DNA of 58,283 nt, the filler included, from Basidiobolus meristosporus CBS 931.73 (Eukaryota; Fungi; Basidiobolomycota): the NCBI GenBank assembly GCA_002104905.1. It is 3 parts of 3 records of this genome, joined end to end, with 100 filler letters (N's around TTAATTAATTAA, not from the genome) between each part and the next. Parts side by side here need not be neighbours in the genome. Positions count along the whole stretch, not along the records: positions 46,732 to 58,283 come from MCFE01001272.1; 2 more parts are not named here. The stretch is one strand, 5' to 3'. Made by a program: the position numbers and the translations under genes. The notes below the pieces were generated by a model. It did not search any database and was not told where the DNA came from. It saw only the letters and a program-made list of their open reading frames with translations. Below are positions 53,930 through 58,283 of this stretch, one piece after another. Numbering within the stretch: the first letter of the stretch is position 1; every line of letters starts with the position of its first letter.

Positions 53930-55253
53930 GCGAATTTTGCCGATTTATATCACCTCGATCCCACTCAATTAGGCTTCGTTCATAGCACTAGCTTTATGCC
54001 AGCTAGATTGATTTAACCTTTGCTACCTTACCTCTTCGTACCAAGGCTACACAGTATAGGCTGCATTTCAAAGTGTAAAGAATGAGGGCGATCTGGTCAA
54101 TGATATCCTTAATATCATTCACAATTCTCTCAGTTTTTGCAATAGCTATCCATATTGGTAAGGACTTTGGTAATTGTTTACTAATGAACCTAAACATTAC
54201 CGTCGATAGCTCCAAGGTGATTTCGGTCAATTTCAATGGGTTTTGGTACTCCCTTTGTATCAGTGTAGCTTTCCTGGATGGTACTTTGTCCTGTGAGCTT
54301 GGTATCTTTGTTACATCTTTAAGGCAAGTATCTCTTACAATAGTCCTATCACTACCTGGAAGGTATTGTCCTTTGGTAGTGTTGTTTTCTTGCTATACAT
54401 ATGCTTATATATATTGCTGAACTGACCCTGCCGCAACTGGAGAGCAGCCACCACAGTCAAGCTTTGGGGCAGGCGTATCAAATTAACCTGTTATTACAAG
54501 AACCTAGGGCTGTTGCTGATTGGTGAACAATACGACTGTCCTGGGGTGTACAGCACAGTACAGGCAAGAATAAATTGGTCAGTTGTTTGCCAAGAGTTGG
54601 GGATATTGAGTGGATAGTGCTCGGGATAGTTTAGGCTGCCTTAGAATTTCTTGTTGTAGTACACGCGTTTTCAATTAGTTATTTGTCAAGAAACAAGCCA
54701 AATGTGACTGTTCACTTTATTTGTGTTACGTTTTATCTATGCTGCTACAATCAATAGCTTGGATGGCGATGCTTTCTTGCAAGACACATGAACTTATCTA
54801 TTGTAAACTTTACCCTGCCACAGATGGAGTACAGCGTCGGATTAAGAGCTCAGCCACCGACTACCACGGTCATTCTTTTGGGCAGGTTGATTACATAACC
54901 TGTTATTTCAAGAACAGACTCATTGCTGATTGGTGCAAATCCTTGTCACCAATGACCGGCATGGTGCATAGAGACGGTGCCGGCAAGAAGGAAATATTCA
55001 TGGATGTGTTTAGCTAGTACTGGTTTCCTCAGGTAATGTTGCAGATTTGGCCTCAACTGTAACCATTCATGATTTCTGGATAATTTCTCCAAGCTTGGCC
55101 TAAGACTCAGCACTTTAGGTGGGAAGCCGCTATACTTATTAGAAAAGGGCACATGAAGCAGCCAACACTAAGCCACCACCTGGATAAGGTGATATAAAGC
55201 AGCAGGTGTGGGCTTGTCAGTCTCAAGACTTATTACACTCCACTTCCTCAGCC

Positions 55254-55472
55254 ATGGTATCCGATCAAGAAGCCCGTTTGTATTCTGCCAATGTCAGAGA
55301 AGAAATTGCCAGAGCCAAGAGAGCTAACAACGGGAACTACGCCTCAGTCACAGTGAAAGGGATTCGCTGGACTTGGAGAGGACCCGGAACTGGCGAGCTG
55401 TCCTTCAAGCAGATCCTTGAAGGGAGAAAGGGGACCGCCTGCGTGGATAGCCAGACATGGGTAATATCGTAG
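55254..55472 (+). CDS. Small orphan protein family D (72 aa)
   Basis: TATAAA upstream, GCCATGG start, paralog of 32238. Confidence 0.55.
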   Translation: MVSDQEARLYSANVREEIARAKRANNGNYASVTVKGIRWTWRGPGTGELSFKQILEGRKGTACVDSQTWVIS

Positions 55473-56242
55473 GGTTCGGTTGGTGCTTGCGTAGCCGGTG
55501 GACTCTTGGAGATGTTACTGTTAAGGATATTTAGCTGAAGCATTGCGAAATAAATTCATCCAAATCCGCATTCCTTTGACCTAGCTGTGATATGCTCAAT
55601 GATGCAAAAAGCATTGCATTACAAACATCCAGCACATTTGCTACCTCAAGTCCACATAACGGTGACATTTGGTACCTTAAGCCTTGCACTTCCACAGTTT
55701 TCAACGATATATTACTAGTCACTGGAATATCCAATCCTCAATGCGTATTTTTTAAATCGTTGCATTATTAAGTCGGTGTGAATCTTCCCTTTAATAACTT
55801 ACTGCATGGTTAGGCCGCGTTCGTGTAACCATCAGTCCATGGAGATGTTGGGGCTGCACAGTCTTGGCTGTATAACTTACTGAGTGTCATTGTTGCAAGA
55901 GATAACAAGTGTGGATATTGGATAATATATGCTGATTGTCGTGGGTGTCTTTGGCTTCACCACAGTTGGCCATCCAGTCTTTGCATCTGGTTCATGCCAT
56001 GCTTGACCAATCCACTCAACATAAACAACTATTCATTTGGAAGGTGCGTGGATGGTGCGTGGATGGTTCGTTACCGGTGGACAGTCAATCTGGATTGCTT
56101 GCTATAAATTGTTGCGGGCTGTATGGAAGAAGTGAGGCGTCAAAATGCCGTAGTATTGAGTCACTGTCTGGGCGGGATAGATATAAAGCAGCAGTTGTGG
56201 ACTTGTCTGTCTTAAGACTTATTGCACTCCACTTCCTCAGCC

Positions 56243-56467
56243 ATGATATCTGATCAAGAAGCCCGTTTGTACTCTGCTGATGTCAGAGAAGAAATTGCCA
56301 GAGCCAAGAGAGCTAACAACGGAAACTACGCCTCAGTCACAGTGAAAGGGATTTGCTGGACTTGGAGAGGACTCGGAACTGGCGAACTGTCCTTCAAGCA
56401 GATCCTCAAAGGGAGAAAGGGGACCGCCTGCGTGGATAGGTTTGGTTGGTGCCTACGTAGCCGGTAG
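56243..56467 (+). CDS. Small orphan protein family D, variant C-terminus (23-bp deletion)
   Basis: Third copy; the deletion between TAG microhomologies removes the normal stop. Confidence 0.45.
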   Translation: MISDQEARLYSADVREEIARAKRANNGNYASVTVKGICWTWRGLGTGELSFKQILKGRKGTACVDRFGWCLRSR

Positions 56468-57301
56468 ACTCTTGGAGATGTTGCTGTTAAGGATATTTAG
56501 CTGAAGCATTGTGAAGTAATAAACATTCCTTTGACCCAGCTGTATTATGCTCATTGCACTTTATTACATATATGTGAATTGCTATTTTGAATGTCTAAGT
56601 GTACAACTGCCATGTACAGGCTAAACTTACAGCTTTCAGTATCTCAGGTTCTATTTTTTTTACAGACAAGGATAAATATTTTCTCAGGGGTGAATATGCT
56701 GAATATCCTTTCCACATGACTTGGTAATATGTTATCGTGAAATTCACACTTACCAGGTGTGGGACAAGTATTACTGTTGTCCAAGGTTGATGATTCTGTG
56801 AACAGAATAGGAAATTTCAAAGGCGCCTCCATTATACCTTTTTCGAATAACTGTCATACAGATACAACACGCTTTACGATACAGTTGAAAGATAAAGATG
56901 CGATATCGAAGAGTGTGATTGTAGGGATGTGTAGAGTTCAAGAGTGAATGGCAACTACTTCAACGAATATTCTTGGCGTATTTTTAGTTGCAGTGGAGAT
57001 TATTTCTTCAGATACCGGGAGCAAAAACGGATATTTTGAATAAACGTTGAAGTGATTTAATGGTACCACGGGCCCTGATCTTGGGGGAATAAATAGTCAC
57101 ATACGTCTACTAATGTATTTATACTTATTGTCCAGCATCCACCAGAGGTTTTTGACAGAGTAGCACTTTTATTTATACCGTTGTAAATGATGTGTAGCAT
57201 GTATGGTTAGAATACCCCAACATACACTGTTTACTTCTTTATCCAGCTACTTTGTATACTTGCATTATTTCTAGCATTCAACATTGAACGTAATAGATTT
57301 A

Positions 57302-57484
57302 TTAATCATCAGATACAGCATCTTTGGCCAGACTTGCATCCAGTGTCCCAGAACACGGATCTCCAATGCACAAGGAGCCTCTTGAGTTCCCTTGGGCTTG
57401 GCACGAGAGAGCATCCACGGAGCCGGAACTGGAGCTGGCCACAAGGAAGGCAACCATCAAGGAGACTGCAAATTTCTTCATCAT
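57302..57484 (-). CDS. Small secreted Cys-containing peptide, family C (60 aa)
   Basis: Signal-like MMKKFAVSLMVAFLVASSSSGSVDA, then LSCQAQGNSRGSLCIGDPCSG. Confidence 0.55.
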   Translation of the reverse strand: MMKKFAVSLMVAFLVASSSSGSVDALSCQAQGNSRGSLCIGDPCSGTLDASLAKDAVSDD

Positions 57485-58283
57485 TGTTTTGATTGAGAGA
57501 TTAGTGTGTGAATGATGTCTAGCAGCAAGGTTAGCTCAATATATAGGCGTCATTTCCCCATTGTTGCACATACTTTTGTCAATAGTCGCTGTGGCTAGCT
57601 CTACAAATGGTTGTGCAAGAGAAGAAGGTTACCTGGGTAATGTAAACCAGTTCCAGGAAATTATATGTGTTGATGGCCAACATCAAAAGAGCAGTAGCAT
57701 TGAAATGGTATTTCTGTATGGCATAGTGTCACCTCTTTATTCAAACATATAAATGATGCGGCAATAATATGCAAAATCAAAGGTAGCAATCCTTGAACTG
57801 GGCTGCTCATCACATTTTGTGCCACACAGCTTTTGCCGTGCAATACACTCATCTACGAAGAATGTTCTAAATGCAGTACCACACGGCTGAAAGTAAGCCT
57901 TCCCTGTTATTTTCAAGTGTAGAACTACTTTGCCGATAGTTCAATAGATAATTTATTAGGTAGATACAACATCTTTGGTGTTCCGGAATATCAAACTTTG
58001 ACCAATACCTGAAGGGCGCAAGTAGAGAGTGTCCAACACAGCTGGCCTCAATAATGGCAGGTAAGGAGAGTTGTAACCTGTAAAGTAAACAAGTACTCTT
58101 GAAGCATGTGCAATATAGGTCATTACGTACACTGCTAATTATCCTTCCTCTGTGCAAAGCACTCACTCAGCGGTTGTTGTGGCTAGGCAGTCTGTAACAA
58201 TGGAATATGCAAACCAGCTCTATACACGAATAACAATGTAATGGTTACATTCACTCTACTTATTGACAGTTATAGCAATCATG

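Larger units (their letters stand above)
51568..58260. repeat. Subtelomeric segmental duplication, copy 2
   Basis: Colinear with 27431-34400. Confidence 0.92.

Noticed and set aside
54420-55020. Possible 27-28-nt micro-introns (G[T/C]...TAAC...AAG) in two related motifs (also 31240-31760)
   Set aside because: No consistent spliced ORF could be built, and the copies differ by deletions through the putative sites; needs RNA-seq.
56930-57050. EFKSEWQLLQRIF fragment reminiscent of a PolB exonuclease motif
   Set aside because: Short, flanked by stops, with no other PolB motifs.
1-58283. CRISPR arrays, rRNA or prokaryotic operons
   Set aside because: No regularly spaced repeat-spacer array or rRNA motif; the content is eukaryotic.

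Overview
Eukaryotic, repeat-rich DNA, probably fungal: it has TTAGGG telomeres, fungal-type Copia/Gypsy elements and small intronless secreted-protein genes. The species cannot be determined from the sequence. Two 100-bp N spacers carrying an artificial TTAATTAATTAA linker (24084-24183, 46632-46731) split the window into three contigs that may not be adjacent in the genome. Contig 1 (1-24083) holds a two-gene PIF/Harbinger-like DNA transposon followed by decayed and nested Gypsy/Copia elements, including one Copia with an open 1305-aa ORF. Contig 2 (24184-46631) is a right-hand chromosome end. It starts with a subtelomeric cassette (tRNA-Leu(CAG) plus orphan secreted proteins), followed by about 11 kb of head-to-tail, 5'-truncated APE-endonuclease/RT non-LTR retrotransposons that run into the terminal (TTAGGG)n. 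Contig 3 (46732-58283) holds Copia/Gypsy debris and a second copy of the same subtelomeric cassette. The main candidate novel system is this telomere-extending LINE family. All four units have their 5' end toward the telomere, have no poly(A), and end in CCCCTAA, which is complementary to the telomeric G-overhang. They share a covarying 3' double hairpin that buries the AAUAAA signal. The array is interleaved with a fossil telomere and with a Gypsy R-U5 fragment that has the shape of a captured strong-stop cDNA. All alignments, identities and dinucleotide counts were done by eye and need computational confirmation.
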